From a virus (taxonomy: Duplodnaviria > Caudoviricetes), in IMG/VR virus record IMGVR_UViG_3300005805_000149, positions 1 to 44,563 of that record: a stretch of DNA of 44,563 bases. One strand, written 5' to 3'. The notes under the pieces were generated by a model that searched no databases, was not told the origin of the DNA, and was given only the letters and a program-made list of their open reading frames with translations. Positions 1 through 8,607 of the stretch are shown piece after piece; position 1 is the first letter of the stretch; each line of letters opens with the position of its first letter. The position numbers and the translations under genes are program-made.

Positions 1-176
1 TGTTGCATATCATAGATAGCAAATGAAGCCGGGAATTGCTCAGTAACCGTAGCCTTCGCAAATATGTTCTTATTAGTACTAATCGTACTTAGCACACTTC
101 CCGGCTTCACCAACAGATTAGGATTGATCGAAGCAAAGTTCTTCAAGACCTGTAAGGTCTGACTTGAAATTTTCAT
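1..176 (-). CDS. gp45: Sliding clamp, T4 gp45-like (runs off the window; not in the ORF track)
   Basis: Manual translation from ATG at 176: MKISSQTLQVLKNFASINPNLLVKPGSVLSTISTNKNIFAKATVTEQFPASFAIYDMQ, typical of the gp45 N-terminus (LKNF.SIN ... F.IYD). Confidence 0.9.
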   Translation of the reverse strand, partial: MKISSQTLQVLKNFASINPNLLVKPGSVLSTISTNKNIFAKATVTEQFPASFAIYDMQ

Positions 177-194
177 AATATAAATTGTCCTTTA

Positions 195-476
195 TCATTC
201 TCGGTGGCGGCGCTCGAGGTCAACCATTGGCACATTGCCACTACCTACAATATTCTCATACATTGTAGTAAATTCTTCAATGGAAGACAACTCTTGAGCG
301 TAGTTATTCTTGTGGAATACCTTTGCCATTTTTGTTAGAGTCTTCTTAGGAATTTCGTGAATCTTGGATGCTGCATCAACAGCATCCTTAATGAATTCCT
401 TTTCCGCATCAATGCGGGTCATTGAATTAGAGATTTCAACAAGGACTGCTTTCACCTTTTGCTTATCAAATGCCAT
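195..476 (-). CDS. dsbA: dsDNA-binding protein, T4 DsbA-like
   Basis: 93 aa helical protein; EFIKD...KMAKVFHKNNY...E..TMYE resembles T4 DsbA; T4-like context. Confidence 0.7.
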   Translation of the reverse strand: MAFDKQKVKAVLVEISNSMTRIDAEKEFIKDAVDAASKIHEIPKKTLTKMAKVFHKNNYAQELSSIEEFTTMYENIVGSGNVPMVDLERRHRE

Positions 477-492
477 AATATAATTACCTCAA

Positions 493-1455
493 TTATTTTT
501 TGATCTTAGAGATGTCAGCTGTAGCAGCAGCACCAACAGATGCTAGAGCAGCAAGGCTACCACCAAACGTATAAGATCCAGTATGATTCAACTGCATCCA
601 AGGACACAACCAAACCTTTAAGCCCATGTTACGAACCCACTGACAGAACATATAGTCTTCAGAGAGATATCTCTTAGAGTACTGTCGTAGGATAGTATTG
701 TTAGGGTCATCAACAAACTTAACAATATCATCAGGTGTTGCATTTGGATTAGCTTCCAAATATGCCTTTAGCTCGGCACCCATGTACATTCTTTTACCAT
801 CGATTGGTGTATCAAAGAAAGCGAAGATTTCTCTTGAACCATCAAAGTGAGCTGTACGGACATGGTCAGGCTTATATGACTGGTATGGGAATGTTTCCTC
901 AAACTTCTTAAATGTATTCTTTCGAATCATCATGAAGCCAGTACCAATCTCTAGTACCTCGGCTGGCTCACTTAGCTTAATCTGAGTTGGACCATCCTTA
1001 GCGATAACTGGATTGAAGACATAATCGCCAACAAACTGATCAAGAGCATTTGGATTTTCATCTGCTACACCCTTATCAACAGCCTGCTTAACCTTTTCCC
1101 ACGAGATACACTTCTTAGGATATGGACCACCAATAATATCAAACGGTGACTCATCAGACTGAAGGGCCAACAATGTAATAACATCGTTAGGGTCAAATCC
1201 AATATCCGAGTCAATAAACATCATGTGGGTGAAGTCGCTTCTCATAAACTCATCTGCACAATAGTTACGAGCGCGGGTAATGAGGGACTCATTAAACAAA
1301 TAATAGACCTTCATGTTAATGCCATACTTCACACAAAGTGCAGTTAGATCACACATTGATCTTGTATAGTTGCCATGGCATTGGCCACCATACATTGGAG
1401 TTGCTACAAAGAGCGATCTCTTTCGCAACTCTTCGATTTCAATTTTAATTTCCAT
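493..1455 (-). CDS. GT-A fold glycosyltransferase-like protein
   Basis: FVATPMYGG, ESLITRARN, FIDSDIGF (DxD), IGTGFMMI and YLSEDYMFC motifs. Confidence 0.75.
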   Translation of the reverse strand: MEIKIEIEELRKRSLFVATPMYGGQCHGNYTRSMCDLTALCVKYGINMKVYYLFNESLITRARNYCADEFMRSDFTHMMFIDSDIGFDPNDVITLLALQSDESPFDIIGGPYPKKCISWEKVKQAVDKGVADENPNALDQFVGDYVFNPVIAKDGPTQIKLSEPAEVLEIGTGFMMIRKNTFKKFEETFPYQSYKPDHVRTAHFDGSREIFAFFDTPIDGKRMYMGAELKAYLEANPNATPDDIVKFVDDPNNTILRQYSKRYLSEDYMFCQWVRNMGLKVWLCPWMQLNHTGSYTFGGSLAALASVGAAATADISKIKK

Positions 1456-1461
1456 TGTCTA

Positions 1462-1767
1462 TTACTCCACTGCTCGGAGAAGACTCTTCTTTCCACCTGC
1501 AGCTTGTGGGGGTGTTAGGATCTGGCTTGTAGCCATCTGGTAGTCGTTGACTAGCGAATCAACTGGATCTGTCACAAACAGAACGCTAGTTGGTAGTAAT
1601 TCAAATCCTTCCATTGCAGTTGTATACTGCATGAATGGTACAAACACCAAACGATTTTCTTGGAAGGCAAGAAGCAATGGCTTGTTAACCTTCAACTTTG
1701 TCTTTGTTTCTTGAAGATCACAAATGATCTCGTCACCGTTTGTTAATTTAATAATCTTAATATTCAT
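1462..1767 (-). CDS. Conserved T4-like phage hypothetical protein (possible Sm-like fold)
   Basis: IKIIKLTNGDEIIC...KP...PF pattern common in T4-like phages; tightly packed in the operon. Confidence 0.55.
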   Translation of the reverse strand: MNIKIIKLTNGDEIICDLQETKTKLKVNKPLLLAFQENRLVFVPFMQYTTAMEGFELLPTSVLFVTDPVDSLVNDYQMATSQILTPPQAAGGKKSLLRAVE

Positions 1768-1772
1768 TATAA

Positions 1773-2282
1773 TTACCTCTGTTGGTTTTTCAAATAACGT
1801 GTATACTTTTTCAACTGTCTTAGAGCTTTTTCTTTATGCACTGGATGCATTCTTCTAAGAAAGTTAACTCCCTGTAAATGATCATACTCGTGCAAAAATA
1901 TTCTGGCTGTCATGCCAGTAAACTTTCTTGTCATTGTATTTCCGTTAGGTGCCGTAAATCGAACGCGAATGTGTGCTGATCTTTTAACTGGAACAGCAAC
2001 ACCTGGATATGATAGGCATCCTTCCATCAAAGATACAATCTCTTCTGAGACGTCTACAATTTTTGGATTGAAGCAAGCGAAAGCAGGTTCTCCTTCCATA
2101 ATAAACACTCTATATGGAAGACCTACCTGGTTTGCTGATAGTCCAATACCCTTATGATGCCTCATTGTGTCGAGAAGATTTCTCGCCAGCTCTTCAGGGT
2201 CAGTAGGAGGGTTATCAAAATTAAATAGTGGCAACTCTTGTTCTAGAATTGCACTATCATGTTCAATCAAATCATACACCAT
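1773..2282 (-). CDS. def: Peptide deformylase
   Basis: All three motifs present: GIGLSANQVG, EGCLS, HEYDHLQG. Confidence 0.97.
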   Translation of the reverse strand: MVYDLIEHDSAILEQELPLFNFDNPPTDPEELARNLLDTMRHHKGIGLSANQVGLPYRVFIMEGEPAFACFNPKIVDVSEEIVSLMEGCLSYPGVAVPVKRSAHIRVRFTAPNGNTMTRKFTGMTARIFLHEYDHLQGVNFLRRMHPVHKEKALRQLKKYTRYLKNQQR

Positions 2283-2766
2283 ACTTTTTATCGTGCTCTT
2301 TATTTAAGCCATAACTACCATCATATTTATGTAAACTCTCAGCCTTGAATAAAAGAAATTGACCCACTCTAGTTCCCTTCTGAATACTAAATGGTCCACA
2401 ATGAACATGCATTGCGCCTGCCATCACACCATGATAACCAGAATCATAAAGACCAGAAGTTAGGAAGACGCCATTACGGTTTAGAGTTGAACGAGTAATA
2501 ACCCATCCGGCTTCGCCTTCTCCAACTTCAATAATGTTCTCCATTACAACTTCATAGGTGCCTGGCTCAAGATGCCAGAAGCCTAATTGATCTGGTTGTA
2601 ACTCAACAGAGCCTCTATGTCCCTTCTGGGATTCAGATAGAGTACAAGTGTTAGATAGAATTCTAAAAACTTTACCAAGTCTTAGATCGACAGCATTAGG
2701 CTGAACATCACCTTGCTGAACATTTGTGAGCTTTGATCCATGCTCACCCATAATATGAATCATCAT
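2272..2766 (-). CDS. dcd: dCTP deaminase / trimeric dUTPase family
   Basis: QPNAVDLRL, RSTLNRNG, GLYDSGYHG, GTRVGQ motifs. Confidence 0.8.
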   Translation of the reverse strand: MMIHIMGEHGSKLTNVQQGDVQPNAVDLRLGKVFRILSNTCTLSESQKGHRGSVELQPDQLGFWHLEPGTYEVVMENIIEVGEGEAGWVITRSTLNRNGVFLTSGLYDSGYHGVMAGAMHVHCGPFSIQKGTRVGQFLLFKAESLHKYDGSYGLNKEHDKKYGV

Positions 2767-3122
2767 ACCTTATCTTCCTGTGGCTGCGTAAAGTGATATA
2801 GAAGGACAATATAATGGATAGCCTTGAGCAAGTCTTTCTTATTGTGACCATCTTTCTTACCATATCTCATCAAGTACTTGATAGCAGTATCTCTAGAAGT
2901 AGTATCAACACTACCAAGAGAATCCCAAACATCAATAGTCTGGATCTCTTCCTTACCAACATAATGCTGCTGATAGGTCTTGCTTACATACTCAAGCACT
3001 TCTTTGAGGATCTTATCCTCTCTAAATCTATAATTGATACCACCTTGAGAAGGTGTACCAATACTAATGTCACCATTAGGTGCAGTCTTAATTTCAACCA
3101 TATCAATACCCCGGATCATCAT
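2763..3122 (-). CDS. DUF3310 family protein (T7 gp1.7-like nucleotide kinase domain)
   Basis: HY...IQTID...AIKYLMRYGKKDG..KKDLLKAIHY signature. Confidence 0.8.
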   Translation of the reverse strand: MMIRGIDMVEIKTAPNGDISIGTPSQGGINYRFREDKILKEVLEYVSKTYQQHYVGKEEIQTIDVWDSLGSVDTTSRDTAIKYLMRYGKKDGHNKKDLLKAIHYIVLLYHFTQPQEDKV

Positions 3123-3963
3123 TTAAATATTTGGTTACAATGCTATCAATATAATCCATATTATACTTTGCTAGCCTGTAATTGTCAAGCACAACATCAG
3201 TTTGTTTGAGATCAAAGTTGACCTCCTTCTCATACTTACCATCATAGATACCAGTTGGACTAGAGTCAAATGATCCACCATTTAACCCCAACCAAATAGC
3301 AGCGCTACTATCCCAAGTGTCAATATAATCTCTATATGGTTCCATTAACTTGATTTCGTTTGGACCATCAACCATACCCAAGAAGTGAATCTTCTTCTTG
3401 TTTCTTCGAATGCGATAGAGAATGCCACGATCCTCTAGCTCTTGCATGAACATAAAACGAGCAACAAAACGCTGAAGCTTATTGCCCTTCTCTACACTAT
3501 ATGCATTAGGTACACCAAGAATAGATACACCAATGTAATCCACATGCTTAGATGTAGATGCCCAATCGAATGCATTGATCAAGTCTTCCTTATCACCAAT
3601 CTTTGATTGTGGTACAAAAAATGTACCAAACCCTTGCGTTCTAAAGAGAGGTGCTAGGTCAATTGCTGCTTGGATTGTCTTAGAAGAATGCTCACCTGGA
3701 TAGTCAGACATAACAACATAATTGGCTCTGATAATACTTGCCATCTCCAAAACCTTCATTGGAGTTAGCATTGGCTTACCTTGCTTATACATCTCAAAGG
3801 CACTATTATCCATAATGTTAACACAAGTTTGGCTCCTATAGAACTCAGTATATTCATTGCTTGTGTCAACAAGATGTGCTAAAGTTAAGTGGTAACTTCT
3901 ACCCTTAATGAGGTCAAGAAAGTCTGTAGGAGCAATGTGGCAAAATTCTGTCATATTATTCAT
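3103..3963 (-). CDS. dpdA: TGT-fold DpdA-like 7-deazaguanine transglycosylase
   Basis: IMDNSAFE, MSD, KIHFLG and WDSS motifs match TGT/DpdA catalytic motifs; lies in a folE2/queD/queE cluster. Confidence 0.7.
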   Translation of the reverse strand: MNNMTEFCHIAPTDFLDLIKGRSYHLTLAHLVDTSNEYTEFYRSQTCVNIMDNSAFEMYKQGKPMLTPMKVLEMASIIRANYVVMSDYPGEHSSKTIQAAIDLAPLFRTQGFGTFFVPQSKIGDKEDLINAFDWASTSKHVDYIGVSILGVPNAYSVEKGNKLQRFVARFMFMQELEDRGILYRIRRNKKKIHFLGMVDGPNEIKLMEPYRDYIDTWDSSAAIWLGLNGGSFDSSPTGIYDGKYEKEVNFDLKQTDVVLDNYRLAKYNMDYIDSIVTKYLNDDPGY

Positions 3964-4345
3964 CCTTCATTGATTGAACAGGAATGTACCGCTCATACAC
4001 AAGCTCACATCCATTCTCATTATCTTCACTTACAATGATCGTAGCATCTCTTCCCGAATACTGGTTCTTCAAATACGCAAGAAGTTCTTCTGCAATCATT
4101 TCACATGACATATAGTCAAGCTTCAATGTACCATTACCATATAGACCTTCAAGCTCTCTCTTCAAGAGAATAAACTCGACGTCACGGTCGTCATGGAACA
4201 CTTCAAGATAGACCTTAAAGTGAAACATATGTCTATGAGGATGACCAAGGAAGGCAACATCCTTCAGCTTAGGGTCAGTCGCAGCTGCTGGATAGCAATG
4301 GATACCTTCCTTCTGGAATGTAATCCAAATCTTTTTCTTAATCAT
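3956..4345 (-). CDS. dpdL: QueD-paralogous T-fold protein, probable CDG decarboxylase (DpdL-like)
   Basis: EGIH, LGHPHRHMF (LxxxHRHxF in place of the QueD CxxxHG motif), SCEMIA, VSEDNENG; a separate canonical QueD exists at 5662. Confidence 0.7.
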   Translation of the reverse strand: MIKKKIWITFQKEGIHCYPAAATDPKLKDVAFLGHPHRHMFHFKVYLEVFHDDRDVEFILLKRELEGLYGNGTLKLDYMSCEMIAEELLAYLKNQYSGRDATIIVSEDNENGCELVYERYIPVQSMKDE

Positions 4346-4724
4346 TCAAATACTCCAACTCTTCACCATACAACTCAAGAACATCTGTATATCTTTCGTA
4401 GTAGATTGAGGACTTATAAGGTGCCTTATCAACATTGTGTTTAGGATTCAATGCTTGAATCAACGTCTGTTCTTGAAATTCAATATGTGGCTGCTGACAG
4501 TTATGTGGTTTAATCAACCACACAAACTTCCACGATTGGTGTTCTTCAAGAAGGGTTCTGAAGTTAGTCATATCATAACCCTTCTCTCTTGCCTTCCTAT
4601 GATTCTCTTCAAGGTTCTTTAGACCTAAAGATGTTGAACCAACATACATTAGTTCTCCAGCATCATTGTAGACGCCATATACACCTCTGAATCGATAAGC
4701 GAGAGCATCTTTTACACGAGACAT
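4338..4724 (-). CDS. Small stand-alone GIY-YIG nuclease
   Basis: GVYGVY-x7-YVGST, later H, E (EQTLI) and N (PKHN) residues of the GIY-YIG fold; no C-terminal DNA-binding extension. Confidence 0.75.
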   Translation of the reverse strand: MSRVKDALAYRFRGVYGVYNDAGELMYVGSTSLGLKNLEENHRKAREKGYDMTNFRTLLEEHQSWKFVWLIKPHNCQQPHIEFQEQTLIQALNPKHNVDKAPYKSSIYYERYTDVLELYGEELEYLND

Positions 4725-5665
4725 CCAGGAACCTCACTAGGATTGAACTTAGAAGTAACGGCGATAGCATTCCAAGGATGTAGACTTTCTTCATGCGATA
4801 CTGCTAAAGAGAAGTCCCTAATACGACCCTTGTCATACCATTCGTCCAACGCAGCGTACATGATACGGCAAACGTCTTCAGAGAACAACAGGTTGGCACC
4901 ATTTAATTCAGCAAACGCTTGTTCATCTCGTCTCTTAACAACGATCTGAACTTCAGTTGGAATATGCTTTCTGCAAAGTTCTACAACATCCTCAAACCAA
5001 ATGATCTTTGTAGGGTCAAACTCAACCTTGACCTTTAGAATAGATCTCTGGCTATGAGCATTAGCAGCAGCATCCCTATGCTTACGAGCATCATAGGCTA
5101 ACTCAAACGAACAAGGACAGGTTGAACTATACACATAGTCAACCGTTAGGAAGAACTTATACTCTCCACTACGATACTGACCTTCTAGTTCAACCTTATA
5201 GGCAATATGACCACGAAGCTTTTCTTCTGGATTCTCGTCTCTACGAGAACGAAGAGCATCTTGTGTCCAAGGATACTTGAAGCGAAGCTTACAGTAGGCA
5301 TTCTTACTATTTTGCTTCTCGGCAAGCTCCTTTAGTGCTCCTTGGATGCCATCAATCGAAAGGTGGTCTTTGATCTTATTATGCATAATGAGGTAGAGTC
5401 TCGAGAGATTCAATCCTTTAGCATTAGGGTCATCCAAAGAGCAATAAAGGCTGGCTTCTGCCTGCAACTGTTGTGTGTGGCCATCACGGCGCTTGACCAT
5501 AATAGGAAGGTCAACTGGAGCAATACCTACCTTACGAAGGGGTACTCTTGCACCAGGTAGAACTGGATTAACTTGAGGGTCAGGCAACTCCTCACAATAG
5601 AAATTATTATCATAATTAAATACAAGATCTGGCATCTTGCTAGAGTAATCAATACCCATCTTCAC
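4712..5665 (-). CDS. folE2: GTP cyclohydrolase type IB
   Basis: KGLNLSR, STCPCS, AHSQRS, VKRRDE, FSED and EESLH motifs. Confidence 0.93.
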   Translation of the reverse strand: MKMGIDYSSKMPDLVFNYDNNFYCEELPDPQVNPVLPGARVPLRKVGIAPVDLPIMVKRRDGHTQQLQAEASLYCSLDDPNAKGLNLSRLYLIMHNKIKDHLSIDGIQGALKELAEKQNSKNAYCKLRFKYPWTQDALRSRRDENPEEKLRGHIAYKVELEGQYRSGEYKFFLTVDYVYSSTCPCSFELAYDARKHRDAAANAHSQRSILKVKVEFDPTKIIWFEDVVELCRKHIPTEVQIVVKRRDEQAFAELNGANLLFSEDVCRIMYAALDEWYDKGRIRDFSLAVSHEESLHPWNAIAVTSKFNPSEVPGCLV

Positions 5666-6126
5666 ACCTCGGGGTTAACATAAAAAGCAGAGTTAAACTC
5701 ATGCTCGTAGATCTCTATAGTATCAATCCAAACGCGGTTGTTAGTCAACTCTTTTATCTTAGGATTAACATTATCAAATACAAACTTACATGATGCTTCA
5801 ATACCAGGGCCATGACCTTTAGTGACATCCATTACATTAAGATTGATACCATCTACTGCATGGAGTCTCTCCCACTCTGGAAGCAAAGGGTCATCGGATG
5901 CAATAAGCATTCTATGGTCCCACTGGTCTTCTAACCACTTCTTGACCCACTTTAGATCACCAAAGTCCATACACCACATCTTATCATCTAGTGTCTCACA
6001 AGCAAAGGTAAACTTAACATAGCGACCATAACCATGTGCCCATCTGCAGTGACCTTGATCTCTCCACTGACGGTGGCCAGTGGAAATGGGACCAATCCTT
6101 TTTGTAGAATAAAACTTATTAGCCAT
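5662..6126 (-). CDS. queD: 6-carboxy-tetrahydropterin synthase
   Basis: GHRQ...HCRWAHGY, MDFGDLK, WDH, IYEH; start moved to ATG 6126, which has a GGGAGG RBS. Confidence 0.88.
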   Translation of the reverse strand: MANKFYSTKRIGPISTGHRQWRDQGHCRWAHGYGRYVKFTFACETLDDKMWCMDFGDLKWVKKWLEDQWDHRMLIASDDPLLPEWERLHAVDGINLNVMDVTKGHGPGIEASCKFVFDNVNPKIKELTNNRVWIDTIEIYEHEFNSAFYVNPEV

Positions 6127-6127
6127 C

Positions 6128-6592
6128 TCACACCTCCCACCAGAACTCAAACCATTCTGGAACTTTCTTTCTTGAAATCTTGTTTGCATAAAACTTGGGT
6201 ACTATACTCTGATCCTTGTTATAAATCAAGGTTGCTACGTGGATATTTTCCACCATCAACTGATTGTGGATAGAGCTGTTCCAATCTTCGAATAATGATT
6301 TTAGGGCTTCGCCACTATCGACAATATCATCAACAACGAGAACCTTATGGCCATTGTTAATGTCCTCAGGCACCCAGCAATTGCTTTCTTTCTCTCCACC
6401 ATCTCTTGTAGACCAGGTGACAGGAACCAACTTCAGACCTAGCCTATGCGAAAGAATGACACCTGGAATCAGCCCGCCTCTTGATAGTGCTACAATGTAG
6501 CTATACTTAACTTTTGACTTTTTGATCTTTCTTACGAGAGTCTCAATGTCTTTGTCAAACTGCTTCTTTTTGTACTTGATTACTTTTGCCAT
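6128..6592 (-). CDS. Purine phosphoribosyltransferase (Gpt/HPRT-like, type I PRTase)
   Basis: VALSRGGLIPG, PRPP-binding loop VLVVDDIVDSGE, C-terminal WFEFWWE. Confidence 0.88.
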   Translation of the reverse strand: MAKVIKYKKKQFDKDIETLVRKIKKSKVKYSYIVALSRGGLIPGVILSHRLGLKLVPVTWSTRDGGEKESNCWVPEDINNGHKVLVVDDIVDSGEALKSLFEDWNSSIHNQLMVENIHVATLIYNKDQSIVPKFYANKISRKKVPEWFEFWWEV

Positions 6593-7065
6593 GTGTCCTT
6601 CCTAAACCATGTTATTAATACTTTTCTTGAACCTTGAGTAACTTTAGATACGCCATGAACAACAGCAGTATCATAATAAATTGTTTCGCCTACTGATTGT
6701 GGAATTATTTTTCTTTCCTTATCACTACCAACGGTAATAATATCTCCACCCTCGAGATCATCCGACTTCTCTAGCAACGTTATTGCAGTACCATCAACTG
6801 TCTTTGGATTATCCAGATGCATTTTAGCATAAGATCCAACGACATACTGCAGAAAGTAATTTGTTACAGCACTCTTTCTTCCATGAAAGTCAAAAAGCTT
6901 TTGTTGTATCAAATCCCAATGCTTGTCAACAACCCTGCTAATGTTTGTTTTATGAATGTAAAATAAGTTCACATCTTGATCGTGAAATGTACTGGGCAAT
7001 CGATCGTATAATGATTTTAGGTATTCAATCTCATCAAGAGTGAATAATTTCTTGCCCTTAATCAT
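6580..7065 (-). CDS. 2OG-Fe(II) oxygenase (prolyl-4-hydroxylase-like)
   Basis: HLD, GGD, HGVSKVTQGSRKVLITW; probable ATG at 7065 overlaps the queE stop (TAATG). Confidence 0.85.
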   Translation of the reverse strand: MIKGKKLFTLDEIEYLKSLYDRLPSTFHDQDVNLFYIHKTNISRVVDKHWDLIQQKLFDFHGRKSAVTNYFLQYVVGSYAKMHLDNPKTVDGTAITLLEKSDDLEGGDIITVGSDKERKIIPQSVGETIYYDTAVVHGVSKVTQGSRKVLITWFRKDTWQK

Positions 7066-7985
7066 TATACACCTATTGTATTGCCCCATAAGTACACATG
7101 GACCCGAGCTGATACATTGAAGCCTCTCTTAAATGCTTCTTCAGCAATAGCACCAGCACTCATATAACCTTCTAGCTCACCAGTCTGACCTTCTTCCGTA
7201 GCACCAACTGGCATAATCCAAACAGGGAATGTTACTCCTGCCTTTCTGAATTCATTAGTTACATGGTCAACTTCTTCCCATGTCTCCTTCTTACCGTTAA
7301 CAACATACTTGATTTGTCCGTGGCCTCTAGAAAGAGAATGGTACTCAGCTAAGACCTCAGGAACGATAGCATCCTTATTTGTTTCACCAGAAGTAGTCCA
7401 GAGCTTAGGAGAAGATGAAATAAAGATCTCTCTGCCCATCTCTCTCCAGTTAGTCATAAAGTTACTAAACTCTGGCTTCAGAGCTTGAGTAGCATTAGTC
7501 TCAAATGTAATGAACCTAGGACTATTCTTGATCTTATCAAAGTAATCAAGAATACCAACTGTACAGTCTTGAGCATGCTTCATTAAAGGCTCACCCCCAG
7601 TGAAGCACATATGGATAGGCTGGCCTGCTGGATGATCAAACTTTGACTCTAGATTATGGAGAGATCTAATGTGTCCAAGAATCTGGTTAGCAATATACTC
7701 AGGTGTACCCTTATGCATTAGGTGCTTGAACTTCTTAGCCCAAGAATAAGAAGAGTCACAACCATATTTCCACACAGGTAGGTCTTCAACTCGCTTAATA
7801 AAGTCGACAGGCATATCTTTATAGGGAAGCTTATATGTCTTAGGGTCAGTTGGATCTTTCTGACCAAAGCCATCACACTGGAGATTACATAGGAAGTATC
7901 TCAACCAGGCAGTTGGTATACCAGTGTATCGACCTTCACCCTGAATAGAATAGAAGATCTCAGAATAGTTATATTCTTTTTGCAT
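7065..7985 (-). CDS. queE: 7-carboxy-7-deazaguanine synthase (radical SAM)
   Basis: SEIFYSIQGEG, CNLQC...GCDS, FTGGEP, ETN, SPKL and RVHVYLWG motifs. Confidence 0.92.
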   Translation of the reverse strand: MQKEYNYSEIFYSIQGEGRYTGIPTAWLRYFLCNLQCDGFGQKDPTDPKTYKLPYKDMPVDFIKRVEDLPVWKYGCDSSYSWAKKFKHLMHKGTPEYIANQILGHIRSLHNLESKFDHPAGQPIHMCFTGGEPLMKHAQDCTVGILDYFDKIKNSPRFITFETNATQALKPEFSNFMTNWREMGREIFISSSPKLWTTSGETNKDAIVPEVLAEYHSLSRGHGQIKYVVNGKKETWEEVDHVTNEFRKAGVTFPVWIMPVGATEEGQTGELEGYMSAGAIAEEAFKRGFNVSARVHVYLWGNTIGV

Positions 7986-8008
7986 TACAAAAGCCTCAAA
8001 TTAAACAT

Positions 8009-8016
8009 TATTTATA
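8009..8016 (-). promoter_or_regulatory. T4-type late promoter upstream of queE
   Basis: Exact TATAAATA on the minus strand, 24 nt upstream of the queE ATG. Confidence 0.7.
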
Positions 8017-8051
8017 ACGACCACTATACAACAACTCATCGTTATTTTCAA

Positions 8052-8606
8052 CTATCTCCAATGTGGACCCAAAGCCCACATCACTAAAGTTTTTCTCACA
8101 CCCCGTTGAACCTTCTCAACACTGTGAAATGATGTTGGCTTAAAGATAACAATATCACCTCTATCAAGATTAACATTCTCGTCATTGATAATAAGTTCCC
8201 CACCACTATACTCGCTTTTGTCTGATAACATTAAAACTAAACTAATTTTTCTGTGCCGTGGTGTATTATTATTAAAGATTGTATCAATATGTTTTGCATG
8301 GTGATCGTTTTCAAAATATGTAGAGTGTTGTATTTCCAGCACTCTATAGAGTTGAACATCAAATGCATACTGATAGAAGTCAATAAATGGATAAATGTTA
8401 TTAACAATATCTAGATAAAATTTTCTGTGGTGGTTAAAAGTTACAAACCGAGTCTCGCAAGACCTTACATCATAATTATTAGATATGCCTGATGACGAAC
8501 TTTTATCAACAGTCTGACCTTGACGGCTTGGTATACGTTCTATTACTGAACTCCAACTATCAATTAGATCTTTTGGAACAGCTGACTTAATAGTTATAAT
8601 GGACAT
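8052..8606 (-). CDS. 2OG-Fe(II) oxygenase (PKHD/P4H-like)
   Basis: HID, RKISLVLMLS..EYSGGEL, HSVEKVQRGVRKTLVMW. Confidence 0.9.
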   Translation of the reverse strand: MSIITIKSAVPKDLIDSWSSVIERIPSRQGQTVDKSSSSGISNNYDVRSCETRFVTFNHHRKFYLDIVNNIYPFIDFYQYAFDVQLYRVLEIQHSTYFENDHHAKHIDTIFNNNTPRHRKISLVLMLSDKSEYSGGELIINDENVNLDRGDIVIFKPTSFHSVEKVQRGVRKTLVMWALGPHWR

Positions 8607-8607
8607 G

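Noticed and set aside
1773-2282. Peptide deformylase as a novelty
   Set aside because: Already known from aquatic T4-like phages; motifs are ordinary
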